This document shows positions 8,565 to 19,090 of a DNA stretch of 64,000 nt, piece after piece. This DNA comes from Syntrophales bacterium (GTDB lineage Bacteria; Desulfobacterota; Syntrophia; Syntrophales; UBA2210), in NCBI GenBank assembly GCA_963666365.2, contig CAXXNF010000002.1:1472001-1536000 (forward strand), read 5' to 3'. The notes below the pieces were generated by a model. The model made no database searches. It was not told where the DNA came from and saw only the letters and a program-made list of their open reading frames with translations. Within the stretch, counting starts at the first letter, position 1. Every line of letters begins with the position of its first letter. The translations under genes were made by a program, and so were the position numbers.

Positions 8565-11500
8565 ATGACATCAGACACTACATTTAAAGACGGCTTCGGC
8601 AGGCCGGGCAGAGGGCGGCACATCGATGAACATTATGAAGCCGAGGTGATTGCCCGATTCGGCGAAACGCTGGCGCCGCTTATCGATCGTTTCGGATACG
8701 AAGGAATCGAGTCGATCGGACTGCTTGTGGGAAGAATTACCCAGGAGGATGCCCCGGCGGCCCTGGAGCTGCTGGAGCAGAGCCCCGCCATTGTGGAGGC
8801 GCTCATGAAACAGGGGGAGCAGCTGGTGCTGCAGGTCTACGGACTGGGCAACCAGATTGCCCCCTACGGTTCCCGTCTCGCCGTCACGTTTATGGTAGTG
8901 AGTCCCCGAATCATGGAGAAAGGGGACTTCGACACACTGGCCCGGGTTGCCGGCCTTGCCGCAGAAACCGCCCGCACCGACGCACATACGGCCCGGGCGC
9001 TGCTCGAACAAAGCCCCGGCCTTATCGAGGCAATCGGGGTCGCCGGTCTTGAGCGCGTGGCACGGTACGGCATGGCCCTGGCCCGGTCGAGCTGGATGCA
9101 GGCAGTCAAAGAAGTTGAAAAGAGCCTTTCCCGCAGCGACGCACTGGTCCGCGAAGGCGGACTGCCCTTCGCCCATGCCGTCTACCACCTGGCGTCGAAG
9201 ATTGCTGAGATAAACTGGACCCATGCCGTCGATCTTATCGAGAAAAGTCCCGCCATTGCCCGCTCATTTGCTCCCTTCGGTGACGCCGCCTATATCGCCG
9301 ATATGTATGAACAGGCAGGCAGGGCTGTTCATTTCGGTTCGAAACTGCCCCTGGCCCTTCTGGAAGAAACGCCGGCTATTCTGGACCGAATCGGGAAAGA
9401 GGCCTGCGACGCTCTCTGGGAATCGGCCCTTGTCATCGCATCGGGCGCGCCGGACGAGGCGGCGGCGCTCATACAACAGAGCCCTCATCTCATAGACAGG
9501 CTGCGCCCACATATGAGCATCGCCCGGGTGATCCGCATATACGGCCTTGGAAATGACCTGGCGACACAGGGGGCAACTATCGCCCGGCAATTCGTCGCTC
9601 AATGCGCGGCACTGGCGGATCGGCTCTCCTTCGACGACATGAAGGAACTCCAGGCGGTGACCGCGCGTATCGGCAGTCAAAGCATTGCCGCAGCGGAAAC
9701 GTTTCTCGAAAGAGCGCCCGATCTTATCGATCGGGTGGGCATGGAAGACATGGAGAAAGTGGCGGATCTGGCCATAGAAGTCAGTCGGATAAGCTGGGAA
9801 ACGGCGTCGCGGCTCCTGGCTCAAAGCCCCGCCATCATCGAACGGCTCGGGCTGGAAGGTTTCACTACTATCGGCCGTTTCTCCGCCCTGCTTTCGCGTG
9901 AAAGCTGGACATCGGCGGTGCATCTGCTTGAAAAATGCCCTGCCGTTGTCGACGGTCTTCTCGCGCTCGGCGGTGGCCCCTTAATTACCCGCGTATGCGA
10001 TCTCGGAGAAAGAATCGCCGATTACAATGCACGATTGTCCGTAAGCCTCATCGATCGAAGTCCCCATATCATCGGCAAAATCGGATTCACCGGCCTCGAA
10101 AAACTGGAAGACCTCGCCCACAGCATCGGAAAGGAAAGCTGGACCACGGCGGTCAGCCTCATTGAAGAAAGTTCCGCCATCATTGAGCGGGTCGGATTCG
10201 AAGGATTAGAAGTCATTGCCGCGGTGGCCCGCAGAATTTCCCGGGACAATCACTACGGGGCTGTCAGTCTCATAGAGAAGAGTCCCGACCTTATCGACAG
10301 GCTCTGCACTTTTGGAGACGCCACGCAGGCGCTTCGCGTCTACGCCCTTGCAGAAAAGGCCGCATCATCGAGCTGGCGAACAGCGGCCACCCTGCTCGAA
10401 AAGAGCCCTCTCTTGATCTCAATGATCGGATATGAGGGACTTGAAAAATTATCACTGCTGATAACGGAAGTGGCGGAACGGAATAAAAAAATATCGACCC
10501 GCATCCTCGACCTTAGTCCCGCCATCATCGACAAAATAGGGTATGAAGGCCTGGAGGCCGTCTGCGGTCTTGTCACGTCGCTTTCACGAGAGGAATGGAC
10601 CACGGCCATGTCCGTCATTGAAAAAAGTCCTGATCTGATTGAAAAGCTCGCCTCCTTCGGGGACCGGAACGTTCCGAAGCAGACCTTCCAGCTCGCCGCC
10701 GCCGCCGCCGTGACGAGCCGGCCCGTGGCACTGAGGCTTCTTGAAAAGAGTTATGAGCTTATCAACCTGGCAGGCATTGAAGGATTCGGCAAGATCGCGG
10801 CACACGTGGTAACCGTGGCCGGGGAAGACGAGGAAAAGGCGCTTTCGTTCCTTCGCGCCGATTCGATTGAATTTGCCGACTTTATGGAGCACATTCCCAA
10901 GGGATTGGAATTGAAAGAGGTGCGGCCCCTGCTGTCGACCTATCTCCGGGCGCTTCTCGGACGGCGGGTGGAAATCGCCGAGGCCGACACAGTATCCACC
11001 GACGGCATAAAGATCTATCTCCCCCGCAGAGTCAAGGAATTTCGGGAAAACGAGCACAATTTCACCTTCTACAAGGTGATCACCACCCATCAGGAGGCAC
11101 ATCTCGAATACGGAAGCTTCGAATTCGATTACCGCCGCATCGAGGACTGCGCGGCCGCCGTCACAGCCCGGTACGGCGCCAGGGAAGAAACGGAAGGAAG
11201 TGATGTTGAACGGTTCTTCGCCCTCTTTCCCGAACCGGACCTTGCCGCCGATCTGTTCAACATGGCTGAAGATTTTCGCATAGAATCGCGGCTGAAGCGG
11301 GAATACCCCGCCCTGGGCAAGGAAATTGCGCGGATGAACCGGCATGGGCTTTCCAAGCGTTCGTCGCTTAAAAAAATGACTAACCAGAAGCAGCGGGCGG
11401 TGGAAATGGTCGGCCGCACATTGAGCGCCGGCAGCGCCTTTGACGACAGAGAAGATCCCACATTCACCGCCTGGACCGAAGCCGTTGCAGGGGCGGAACC

Positions 11501-12977
11501 GCTGACCCGGCCCGACGCCGATGTGCACGACACCGCCCGCATCACCGCAGAACTGTATTGCATCATTGATCAGGCCTTTGAAGAAGTCTACCGGCCGGTC
11601 AGGCCCCTGTCGAAGCCGATCGACCAGAATACGGTGGCACAGAACATCGGCAGTTTCGGAAAGACATCACAACATATCGAAGACAGGCTGCAGGGGAATC
11701 AGCCCCCGTCCCCGCGCGGCCGCCAGCAGGAAGCGGTGGAAGCCGAGAGCGCGTCGGAAAATGATACGACGCCCACCGACAGCCGCCCCCAGGGACAGCA
11801 GATCAGAGAGGCATCCCACCGGACCGGCGAAAGCCAGCGCACCTATCAAAGCGCATCGCCGGGCGGCAAGCAGGAATCGGGGGATGCCGACGACGCCCAC
11901 GAAAAAACCGAGTCCGCCGGCGGCTCGATGAAGTACGACTCCACCGACAAGATAGAACGGCTCCTGCGCTCCGCCTATCGGGAACGGGGAATTACCCCGA
12001 AGGAAATCGAACGAAGGATGGAATCGCTTCATCCGAATGAGATCTATCTGTTTCTCCATAATCTGGAGGCCTCGCTCAAGAAAAAAACGGAACTGGAACG
12101 TGAGCGGGGCACCACGCTCTATGCCGAATGGGGCGATGACATCAACGAGTATCGTGCCAACTGGTCGAGAATCAGGGAACAGTTGCACAAAAGCACGACC
12201 CTCGACTTCTACCGTGACGCGACGGACCGTCACGCGGGACTTCTCAAAAAAATCAGGCGCGAATTCCAGATGTTGAAACCGGAGGGGTTCAGCAGGCTGA
12301 AACGGCAGTATGACGGTGACGAGATCGATCTGGATGCGGTGGTCGAATATCTGGTGGATCGGAAGGTGGGACTGTCACCGTCGGAAAAGAATTACACACT
12401 GATCCGCAAAAAGCGCCGTGATATCGCCGTGGCCTTTCTTATCGATATGAGCCGCAGCACCAAGGGATCCACCATTGAAAAGGAGAAGGAATCGCTCATC
12501 ATCATGTCCGAGGCCCTCCACGAAGTGGGCGATGCCTTCGCCGTGTACGGATTCTCCGGCGACAACCGCGACAACGTGGATTTTTATCTCATCAAGGATT
12601 TTGACGAACCCTACAAAGATCGCGTGAAAAAGCGGATCTGCGCCATAGAGGACCGCTTCGAAAACCGCGACGGCACGGCGATCCGCCACACCATCAACAA
12701 GCTGCGGCGACGCCCCGAACGGACGAAGATGATCATTCTTCTGAGCGACGGCAAACCGGTGGACAAGGAATACGCGGGAACCTACGCCATCGAGGACACC
12801 CGCATGGCCCTTAAGGAGGCGCAGCGCTTCGGCATCAAAACTTTCTGCATCACCGTCGACAAAAGCGCCGCCGACTACCTGCCGCGCATGTACAGTCACA
12901 GCAGCTGGACCGTCATCGACGACGTGGTGAAACTCCCCGAGAAGATCACGCGCATCTATCGGATGCTGACCACATAA
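8565..12977 (+). CDS. CbbO/NorD-like VWA protein with long N-terminal helical-repeat region
   Basis: C-terminal VWA MIDAS (DMSRST, NRDGTAIRH, LLSDGKP), YAEW and DGDEIDLDA motifs, TDG..IYLP..HQEAH. About 18 repeats of 37-42 aa at the N-terminus. Confidence 0.9.
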   Translation: MTSDTTFKDGFGRPGRGRHIDEHYEAEVIARFGETLAPLIDRFGYEGIESIGLLVGRITQEDAPAALELLEQSPAIVEALMKQGEQLVLQVYGLGNQIAPYGSRLAVTFMVVSPRIMEKGDFDTLARVAGLAAETARTDAHTARALLEQSPGLIEAIGVAGLERVARYGMALARSSWMQAVKEVEKSLSRSDALVREGGLPFAHAVYHLASKIAEINWTHAVDLIEKSPAIARSFAPFGDAAYIADMYEQAGRAVHFGSKLPLALLEETPAILDRIGKEACDALWESALVIASGAPDEAAALIQQSPHLIDRLRPHMSIARVIRIYGLGNDLATQGATIARQFVAQCAALADRLSFDDMKELQAVTARIGSQSIAAAETFLERAPDLIDRVGMEDMEKVADLAIEVSRISWETASRLLAQSPAIIERLGLEGFTTIGRFSALLSRESWTSAVHLLEKCPAVVDGLLALGGGPLITRVCDLGERIADYNARLSVSLIDRSPHIIGKIGFTGLEKLEDLAHSIGKESWTTAVSLIEESSAIIERVGFEGLEVIAAVARRISRDNHYGAVSLIEKSPDLIDRLCTFGDATQALRVYALAEKAASSSWRTAATLLEKSPLLISMIGYEGLEKLSLLITEVAERNKKISTRILDLSPAIIDKIGYEGLEAVCGLVTSLSREEWTTAMSVIEKSPDLIEKLASFGDRNVPKQTFQLAAAAAVTSRPVALRLLEKSYELINLAGIEGFGKIAAHVVTVAGEDEEKALSFLRADSIEFADFMEHIPKGLELKEVRPLLSTYLRALLGRRVEIAEADTVSTDGIKIYLPRRVKEFRENEHNFTFYKVITTHQEAHLEYGSFEFDYRRIEDCAAAVTARYGAREETEGSDVERFFALFPEPDLAADLFNMAEDFRIESRLKREYPALGKEIARMNRHGLSKRSSLKKMTNQKQRAVEMVGRTLSAGSAFDDREDPTFTAWTEAVAGAEPLTRPDADVHDTARITAELYCIIDQAFEEVYRPVRPLSKPIDQNTVAQNIGSFGKTSQHIEDRLQGNQPPSPRGRQQEAVEAESASENDTTPTDSRPQGQQIREASHRTGESQRTYQSASPGGKQESGDADDAHEKTESAGGSMKYDSTDKIERLLRSAYRERGITPKEIERRMESLHPNEIYLFLHNLEASLKKKTELERERGTTLYAEWGDDINEYRANWSRIREQLHKSTTLDFYRDATDRHAGLLKKIRREFQMLKPEGFSRLKRQYDGDEIDLDAVVEYLVDRKVGLSPSEKNYTLIRKKRRDIAVAFLIDMSRSTKGSTIEKEKESLIIMSEALHEVGDAFAVYGFSGDNRDNVDFYLIKDFDEPYKDRVKKRICAIEDRFENRDGTAIRHTINKLRRRPERTKMIILLSDGKPVDKEYAGTYAIEDTRMALKEAQRFGIKTFCITVDKSAADYLPRMYSHSSWTVIDDVVKLPEKITRIYRMLTT

Positions 12978-13062
12978 CCCCGATGATTTCATTGAAGAAT
13001 AATTTTTTGTAACCCTGTTTTTTCTTGATATTCCCTCAATTTGTGATATTCTCAATTTTTAA

Positions 13063-13479
13063 ATGATTACAAACTTAAAGGCACTGCATATGGACAAGAA
13101 GTCGCACAAAACAGCGCAGAGAGCAGCCATTCTGGAGTATTTACGGGGGAACACCGATCATCCGTCGGCCGCCCATATCTATGAAGCGGTTTCCAGGCAG
13201 CTCAGTGCGATATCGCTCACGACCGTATATAACACGCTGATGCATCTCGAAAGGAAGGGCCTGGTACAGGAAGTGCCTTCCTGCGGCAGTGCAGGGAAAC
13301 GATTCGATCCCAACGCGGCGCCTCACGATCATCTCATCTGCCGATCCTGCAACGCTATTTTCAATCTGGATCCTTCTCTTCGTCCGCCGATCGGCGCCGA
13401 GCATCTGCATGGATTCGATCCGAAGGATATCGTCATCACTGTGTACGGTCTCTGTCCGGACTGCAGTGGAACTGAATGA
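13063..13479 (+). CDS. Fur/PerR-family transcriptional regulator
   Basis: TAQRAAIL, HPSA, SLTTVYNTL, RFD, HDHLICRSC, GLCPDC. The start may be 13090. Confidence 0.92.
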   Translation: MITNLKALHMDKKSHKTAQRAAILEYLRGNTDHPSAAHIYEAVSRQLSAISLTTVYNTLMHLERKGLVQEVPSCGSAGKRFDPNAAPHDHLICRSCNAIFNLDPSLRPPIGAEHLHGFDPKDIVITVYGLCPDCSGTE

Positions 13480-13596
13480 TAAACAGGGAATACAGAGCCC
13501 TTATTGTATGAACAACTGCGTACCGACTGACCATTCGATCGCGTTTTTTTCTTACAGGATAGAGCAATGTGCATACCTGTATGGAGGGGGGCCCAC

Positions 13597-16500
13597 ATGA
13601 ACAGACGCCCCTTCGGCGCTGCAAGAGCCTCAGTTGTCAAGACGGACCGCACACTGTCGATTCTCTGCGGGGGAGTCGATGCAGGCGATGATGCCCCCCC
13701 GCGGCGAACGTTGAAGCCGGGCATTCTTTTCTCTCTCCTGCTGGCGCTTTCGCTTTTACTCGCCCCCGCCACCCTTCATGCCGCCTATGTCAAACGGTAC
13801 ACGACGATCGCCAACGGCGCCATGACCTTCACGGGAAACGCCCTGGGGTTGAGCAAGGCAAGCAACTCCGACCGACCGGGCACAAACGGCTCAATCGGCA
13901 CATTCAGCACTACGGACACCTCGTTACGGGACAATAGCTACTGGCCCTACGGCACAACCGACAACTGGCAGGACAATTCCTCGTCCGCTCTGCTGACTAT
14001 GCCCGGCGGAAGCACGGTCCTCTATGCGGAGCTGATATGGGGAGGAAGCTACAATTACGGCGGCAGCAACGTGAGCTCCTCCCTGAACAACGCCGTCTCA
14101 CTTACCACGCCGCTGGGCGCATTCAGTATCAGCCCCTCATCCTCGACGGCGACTACGCTTACCGGCGACTACTACTATGTCCGATCCGCCGATGTCACCA
14201 GCTACGTCAAGGGCGCCGGCGCCGGCCTGTATACCGTGGGCGGCGTCCCCGGCACTCAGGAACGTAACGAAAACAACGCCAACGCCGCAGGATGGACGCT
14301 TGCCGTGGTGTACAAGAATACCGCCCTTCCCGCGAGAAACATGACCATCTTCGTGGGAGGAGAACTGACCAGCTCCTCTCAGACCACCACATCGTCCGTA
14401 AGCGGCTTCTGCACTCCGCAGTCGGGAACAATCAACGCCCGCATGATGGTGTCGGCTATTGAAGGCGATTCTAATCTGACGGGCGACCAGATGCGGTTCG
14501 GACCATCGACGGGAACGCTTTCTGCCGTATCGGGACCCAACAATCCTATCAACAACTTTTTCTCGTCCCAGATCAACAGCGACGACGGCACGCTGGACAC
14601 ATCCGGAACCTTCGGCACCCTTAACCACACACCCGGCTCAAACAGCAGCGGTCGCCGCCAGGGCTGGGACATCACCAACGTAGACGTTTCATCGCGGATG
14701 CAGAACAGCCAGAGCACCGCCTTCGCCCGGGGCACCACGAGTGGCGATCGGTATGTCATCACCACGATCGGCCTTCAGATCGATGTGGGACAGCCTGTGT
14801 TTCCCACTGCAGTGATGACCGTCGACAAACCCGTCACCTTTGTGGGAGACACGGTAACCTACACGACAACCCTCGACAATTCTGCGGGATCCGCCGATGC
14901 GCTGAATGTGGTTTTCACCGATTCGCCGCCTCCGGGCATGTCCTTCGTCACTGGCAGCGTCACAGTCAACGGCGTGCCTCAGCCGGGTGCGAACCCCGCC
15001 CTGGGCATTCCTCTCGGCGCCATCGCCGCAGGGAGCGTCGTGACGATCTCCTATCAGAAACAGGTCGATGCCGTCCCTTTGCCGCCTGCGCCCGCCGAAT
15101 ACGCCAACAACGCAACCTGGACCTACCAGTACGAAAGCTGCCCCAGTTTTCCCCTGAATAACGGGACGCTCTCCACTGCGCCGAATGTCATCAGTGTGGT
15201 GCCGCGCCTTGAACCGACAAAATCCGCCGATCCTCCCGGCGCCGTCCTGCCCGGCGGCGCCGTCACCTACACCATTACCATCCCCAATACGGGAACGGCG
15301 CCCACAGCCGGGACGACGCTCGCCGATCCTATTCCCACAGGAACCGCCTATGTGCCGGGAAGCACCACCATGAACGGAACACCGGTGGCCGATACGGCGG
15401 GACAAATGCCCTTTGCCGCGGCGCGCCTGGTGAACAGCCCCGGAGAACCGGCGGGACAGGTCAACATTGGAGAAGCCGCCGTGATTTCTTTTCAGGTGAC
15501 CATCAACCCAGATCCGCCACTGATCATTACCAACATCGCCACCATCGATCCCGACGGCGCCGGTCCCTCGCCTGCCATCGAAGTGCCCCTGACAAACCCG
15601 CCGGTACAGGCCGACCTCGCCGTGGCCATCACCGACAACCAGACGGAAGCCGTAGCGGGAGCACCGATTGCCTACGAGGTGACCGTCACGAATAACGGGC
15701 CTGATCGGGTAATCAGTTGCAATCTTTCGGTCCCCCTGCCCGACGCGATCATCAATGCCGCCTATTCAGCGAATGCAGGCGCCTACAACAGCCAGACGGG
15801 GGCATGGACGGGATTATCCCTGAACGCCGGACAAAGCGCCGTCCTCACCGTCAGCGGAAATGTCGCTCCTTCGGCCCTTTCGCCGCTTACGGTTACCGCA
15901 ACGGTCTCGCCTTCTCCGGGCGTCCAGGATGCGGCAAGCGGCAACAACTCGGCCTCCGACACCGACACGATCCTGTACCGGGCCGATCTCGCCGTGACGA
16001 AAACGGACGGCAAGGAGAGCGTCATTCCGGGAGAAACCATCACCTACACGATTACCGTCACCAACAACGGCCCAAGCCATGTCGAAGCCGTGACCCTTGT
16101 CGACACCCTGCCGGCACTGTTTCAAAGCCCCCTCTTCAATCCATCGGAGGGGGTCTACAACGAGGAAACGGGCCTCTGGTCCGGAATATCGCTTGAACCG
16201 GGAAGCAGCGTCACCCTCTCCCTGACGGGTATGGTGGATGAATCGCTCACAGGCGACCTTGTCAATACCGTCACCGTCACGCCGCCCGAGGACGTCGTCG
16301 ACCCGGAGAACGGCAATAACACGGCCGTCGACACGAATACGAGCAGCCCGCTTATGTCGCTTCATAAATATGTCGATCGGACGAACGCCGCGCCGGGCGA
16401 AAGTCTGCTTTACACGGTCCACTACCGTAATATCGGAGGAAGCCTGGCACAAAACGTTATTATTATAGATACCATCCCGCCCTACACACGCTATAAAGCG

Positions 16501-16701
16501 GGAACCCTCAAACGAGGTACGGCCAATTCCACCTACGGCGATCCCGCCAACCTGACCTTTACCGATGCAGTCGACGGCGACAAGGGCGAGGTGAGCGGCG
16601 CCAGCATTATTTTCAAGATCGATACCGTAGCGGCAAATGACGGCGCCGACGGCACCGGCGCCGATGAGGGAAAGGTGTATTTCGAGGTGATAATCGATTG
16701 A
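13597..16701 (+). CDS. Secreted multi-DUF11 surface protein with N-terminal beta-rich adhesin-like domain
   Basis: GGAGG RBS before ATG 13597; signal peptide (..LLLAPATLHA); repeated L-x-x-x-K..PG..TYTITVTNNGP..D.LP domains; ends FEVIID. Confidence 0.85.
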   Translation: MNRRPFGAARASVVKTDRTLSILCGGVDAGDDAPPRRTLKPGILFSLLLALSLLLAPATLHAAYVKRYTTIANGAMTFTGNALGLSKASNSDRPGTNGSIGTFSTTDTSLRDNSYWPYGTTDNWQDNSSSALLTMPGGSTVLYAELIWGGSYNYGGSNVSSSLNNAVSLTTPLGAFSISPSSSTATTLTGDYYYVRSADVTSYVKGAGAGLYTVGGVPGTQERNENNANAAGWTLAVVYKNTALPARNMTIFVGGELTSSSQTTTSSVSGFCTPQSGTINARMMVSAIEGDSNLTGDQMRFGPSTGTLSAVSGPNNPINNFFSSQINSDDGTLDTSGTFGTLNHTPGSNSSGRRQGWDITNVDVSSRMQNSQSTAFARGTTSGDRYVITTIGLQIDVGQPVFPTAVMTVDKPVTFVGDTVTYTTTLDNSAGSADALNVVFTDSPPPGMSFVTGSVTVNGVPQPGANPALGIPLGAIAAGSVVTISYQKQVDAVPLPPAPAEYANNATWTYQYESCPSFPLNNGTLSTAPNVISVVPRLEPTKSADPPGAVLPGGAVTYTITIPNTGTAPTAGTTLADPIPTGTAYVPGSTTMNGTPVADTAGQMPFAAARLVNSPGEPAGQVNIGEAAVISFQVTINPDPPLIITNIATIDPDGAGPSPAIEVPLTNPPVQADLAVAITDNQTEAVAGAPIAYEVTVTNNGPDRVISCNLSVPLPDAIINAAYSANAGAYNSQTGAWTGLSLNAGQSAVLTVSGNVAPSALSPLTVTATVSPSPGVQDAASGNNSASDTDTILYRADLAVTKTDGKESVIPGETITYTITVTNNGPSHVEAVTLVDTLPALFQSPLFNPSEGVYNEETGLWSGISLEPGSSVTLSLTGMVDESLTGDLVNTVTVTPPEDVVDPENGNNTAVDTNTSSPLMSLHKYVDRTNAAPGESLLYTVHYRNIGGSLAQNVIIIDTIPPYTRYKAGTLKRGTANSTYGDPANLTFTDAVDGDKGEVSGASIIFKIDTVAANDGADGTGADEGKVYFEVIID

Positions 16702-16717
16702 GCAAGGGGTGTAATGC

Positions 16718-17236
16718 ATGAATACCACAAATTTATTTCCAAGAGCGGCGCTCCTCTGCGCGTCTTTTCTCCTGTGCTTCCTTTCGGGAAGTCCTGCCTG
16801 GTCACAGGACGAAGCCAGGCTCGTTCTGAAGACGGAAGCAGCCAAGGAGATCAGGGTGAAAGAAGGAGCTGTCTGGGTCGTAAAGTACGAGCCGGTAACC
16901 GTGACAAAGCCGGGGGACATCCTGCGGTATACGGTTGCCTATCACAACGAGGGAAACGCTCCGGCAGTGGGCGCCCGTATCGTGGATCCGGTCCCGAAAG
17001 GAACCGTCTATATCATGGGAAGCGCCGCCGGCGCCGGGACGGCGATCCGATTCAGCATCGACGGCGGGGCGACCTGGCAGGCGCCCCCGGTGATGCATGT
17101 GGTGCGGAAACCCGACGGAAGCGAGAAAAAAGAGCCGGCCCCGCCGGAACTCTTCACCCATATCAGGTGGTCCCTGACGGGAGAGGTGCCCGCCGGCGGT
17201 TCCGGCAGTGTGCATTTCAAGGTCACCGTGCAGTAA
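16718..17236 (+). CDS. Small secreted single-DUF11-like protein
   Basis: Signal peptide (..SPAWS); KPGDILRYTVAYHNEG..IVDPVPKGTVYI; ends HFKVTVQ. Confidence 0.85.
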   Translation: MNTTNLFPRAALLCASFLLCFLSGSPAWSQDEARLVLKTEAAKEIRVKEGAVWVVKYEPVTVTKPGDILRYTVAYHNEGNAPAVGARIVDPVPKGTVYIMGSAAGAGTAIRFSIDGGATWQAPPVMHVVRKPDGSEKKEPAPPELFTHIRWSLTGEVPAGGSGSVHFKVTVQ

Positions 17237-17308
17237 AAGGTGGAAATCGTATGAGATTTCCATTGGATATACATTAGTTAACATTACATGAAGGGGAGGT
17301 AACAAGTC

Positions 17309-19057
17309 ATGCGTAGAATTCTCTTAACCATGGTTGTTGTTGCAGCGGCCCTCACACTGTGCTGGTCACAGGCGGAGGCCGCGGGAACTCCGGTCAACAC
17401 ATCCATCACCAACCAGGCCTATGCCGATTACAAGGACGCCAACGGCAACGACCGGCCGCGGGTCACCTCGAACACGGTCACCACCGTGGTCAGCCAGGTG
17501 GCCTCCGTCTCGAGTACTCCGGCGACGGCCTCACACAACGGCATCGCAGGCACCGATGTGGAATATCCGGCGGAGATCTGCAATAAGGGGAACGGGTCAG
17601 ACACGATCACCCTGGCAGCGGTAAACGACCAGGGATGGACTGTCACGATCTATCCCGATCTCAACGGAAACGGCGTGTGGGATTCGGGCACCGAAGGCAC
17701 GCCTGTGGCAAATACGGGATCGCTGGCCGCCGATCAGTGCTATAAAGTGATCGTAATGGTGTCCGTACCGGCAGGGACGGCAAACGGGACCATCGGCACG
17801 ACCACGCTCACCGCCACATCCACCTATAACGGTACCGTATCCGACACGTCCGTCTTTACGACTAACGCCCAGTCGGCGGTGCTCACACTTATAAAATCGG
17901 GCACGCCGGCCAATCCGAAACCGGGCGATACCATTACCTACGCGATCACCGGCAGCAACAGCGGCGGCACCGCTTACAGCGTCCGCGTCATCGACGCCAT
18001 TCCCGCCAACACCACCTACGTGACGGGGAGTATGAAGGCCGGTCCCGTGGGGGGCGAGTACGCCACTGCCTATGCAATGACGGATGCGAACGATTCGGAA
18101 AATCTGACCTACACGGTGGGGGCCGACACGGCGATCGCCAATGCCTACTATGATTCGGGCGCAACACAGATTCAGCTCGACTGGTCCCAGTGCCCTCCGG
18201 CGGGGGTCTTCTACTTCCAGGTAAAGGTAAACAGCGACGTCGCCTCGGGGACGGGCATCACCAATACGGCCACGGCCTCTTACGGCCTGCTCGACAACGG
18301 ACTGCGCCCCTACACCGAATCGACCAACGGCGCCACAGTCACCGTGGCCACCCTGCCGGGTGTTGATCTCTATTCCGACGGAACCGGCACGGGCGATCCC
18401 GGCGACCAGATGGTCTACCCCTTTACCGTCAAAAATACAGGAAACGCCACCGACACCTTCGATTTCACCTACACCTCGTCGGCGGGGTGGACCTGGGTTA
18501 TCTGGCGGGATGTGGACGGCAACGGCATTCCCGGCACCGATGGCGATGTTGCCGTCACCGATTCGGGCGATCTGGCTGCCGGGGCAACGGGGTCGTTCCT
18601 GGCCGTCGCCACCATACCGGCCGGCCAGGCTGACGGGACCGTCGACACCGTGGTCGTTACCGGTAAATCCCGCATCGACACGGGCGTAAGCGACACGGCC
18701 ACCTTCGCCACCACCGTCACGGCGCCGGTGCTGACCATCACCAAGACCGTGTCCCCCACGGGGAATCAGCCTCCGGGGACGGTGCTCACCTACCAGGCGA
18801 CGGTCACGAATGTCGGCACGGGCGTGGCTACAAGCATCATCATTGCCGACATGGTGCCCCAGTACACCACCTATGTGGCGGGCTCCATCAAAACAGGGGG
18901 CACGGCAGGCTCGCTTGTCGCACGGACCGACGCCTCCGACGGCGACGGCGGCCGCTACGACGCGGGGACCAACGCCGTCACGGCGGGAGGAGCGGGCGTG
19001 CTGAGCCTGGGGGCCGGCGGCACCTGGGTGCTGGAGTTCAAGGTGACCATCGACTAA
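17309..19057 (+). CDS. Secreted DUF11-repeat protein (candidate major filament subunit)
   Basis: Strong GGGGAGG RBS; signal peptide AEA|A; DUF11 and related Ig-like domains; ends FKVTID. Confidence 0.88.
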   Translation: MRRILLTMVVVAAALTLCWSQAEAAGTPVNTSITNQAYADYKDANGNDRPRVTSNTVTTVVSQVASVSSTPATASHNGIAGTDVEYPAEICNKGNGSDTITLAAVNDQGWTVTIYPDLNGNGVWDSGTEGTPVANTGSLAADQCYKVIVMVSVPAGTANGTIGTTTLTATSTYNGTVSDTSVFTTNAQSAVLTLIKSGTPANPKPGDTITYAITGSNSGGTAYSVRVIDAIPANTTYVTGSMKAGPVGGEYATAYAMTDANDSENLTYTVGADTAIANAYYDSGATQIQLDWSQCPPAGVFYFQVKVNSDVASGTGITNTATASYGLLDNGLRPYTESTNGATVTVATLPGVDLYSDGTGTGDPGDQMVYPFTVKNTGNATDTFDFTYTSSAGWTWVIWRDVDGNGIPGTDGDVAVTDSGDLAAGATGSFLAVATIPAGQADGTVDTVVVTGKSRIDTGVSDTATFATTVTAPVLTITKTVSPTGNQPPGTVLTYQATVTNVGTGVATSIIIADMVPQYTTYVAGSIKTGGTAGSLVARTDASDGDGGRYDAGTNAVTAGGAGVLSLGAGGTWVLEFKVTID

Positions 19058-19090
19058 GGGGCCGACAAGGCCGGTGAGAGAGAAGACGCT

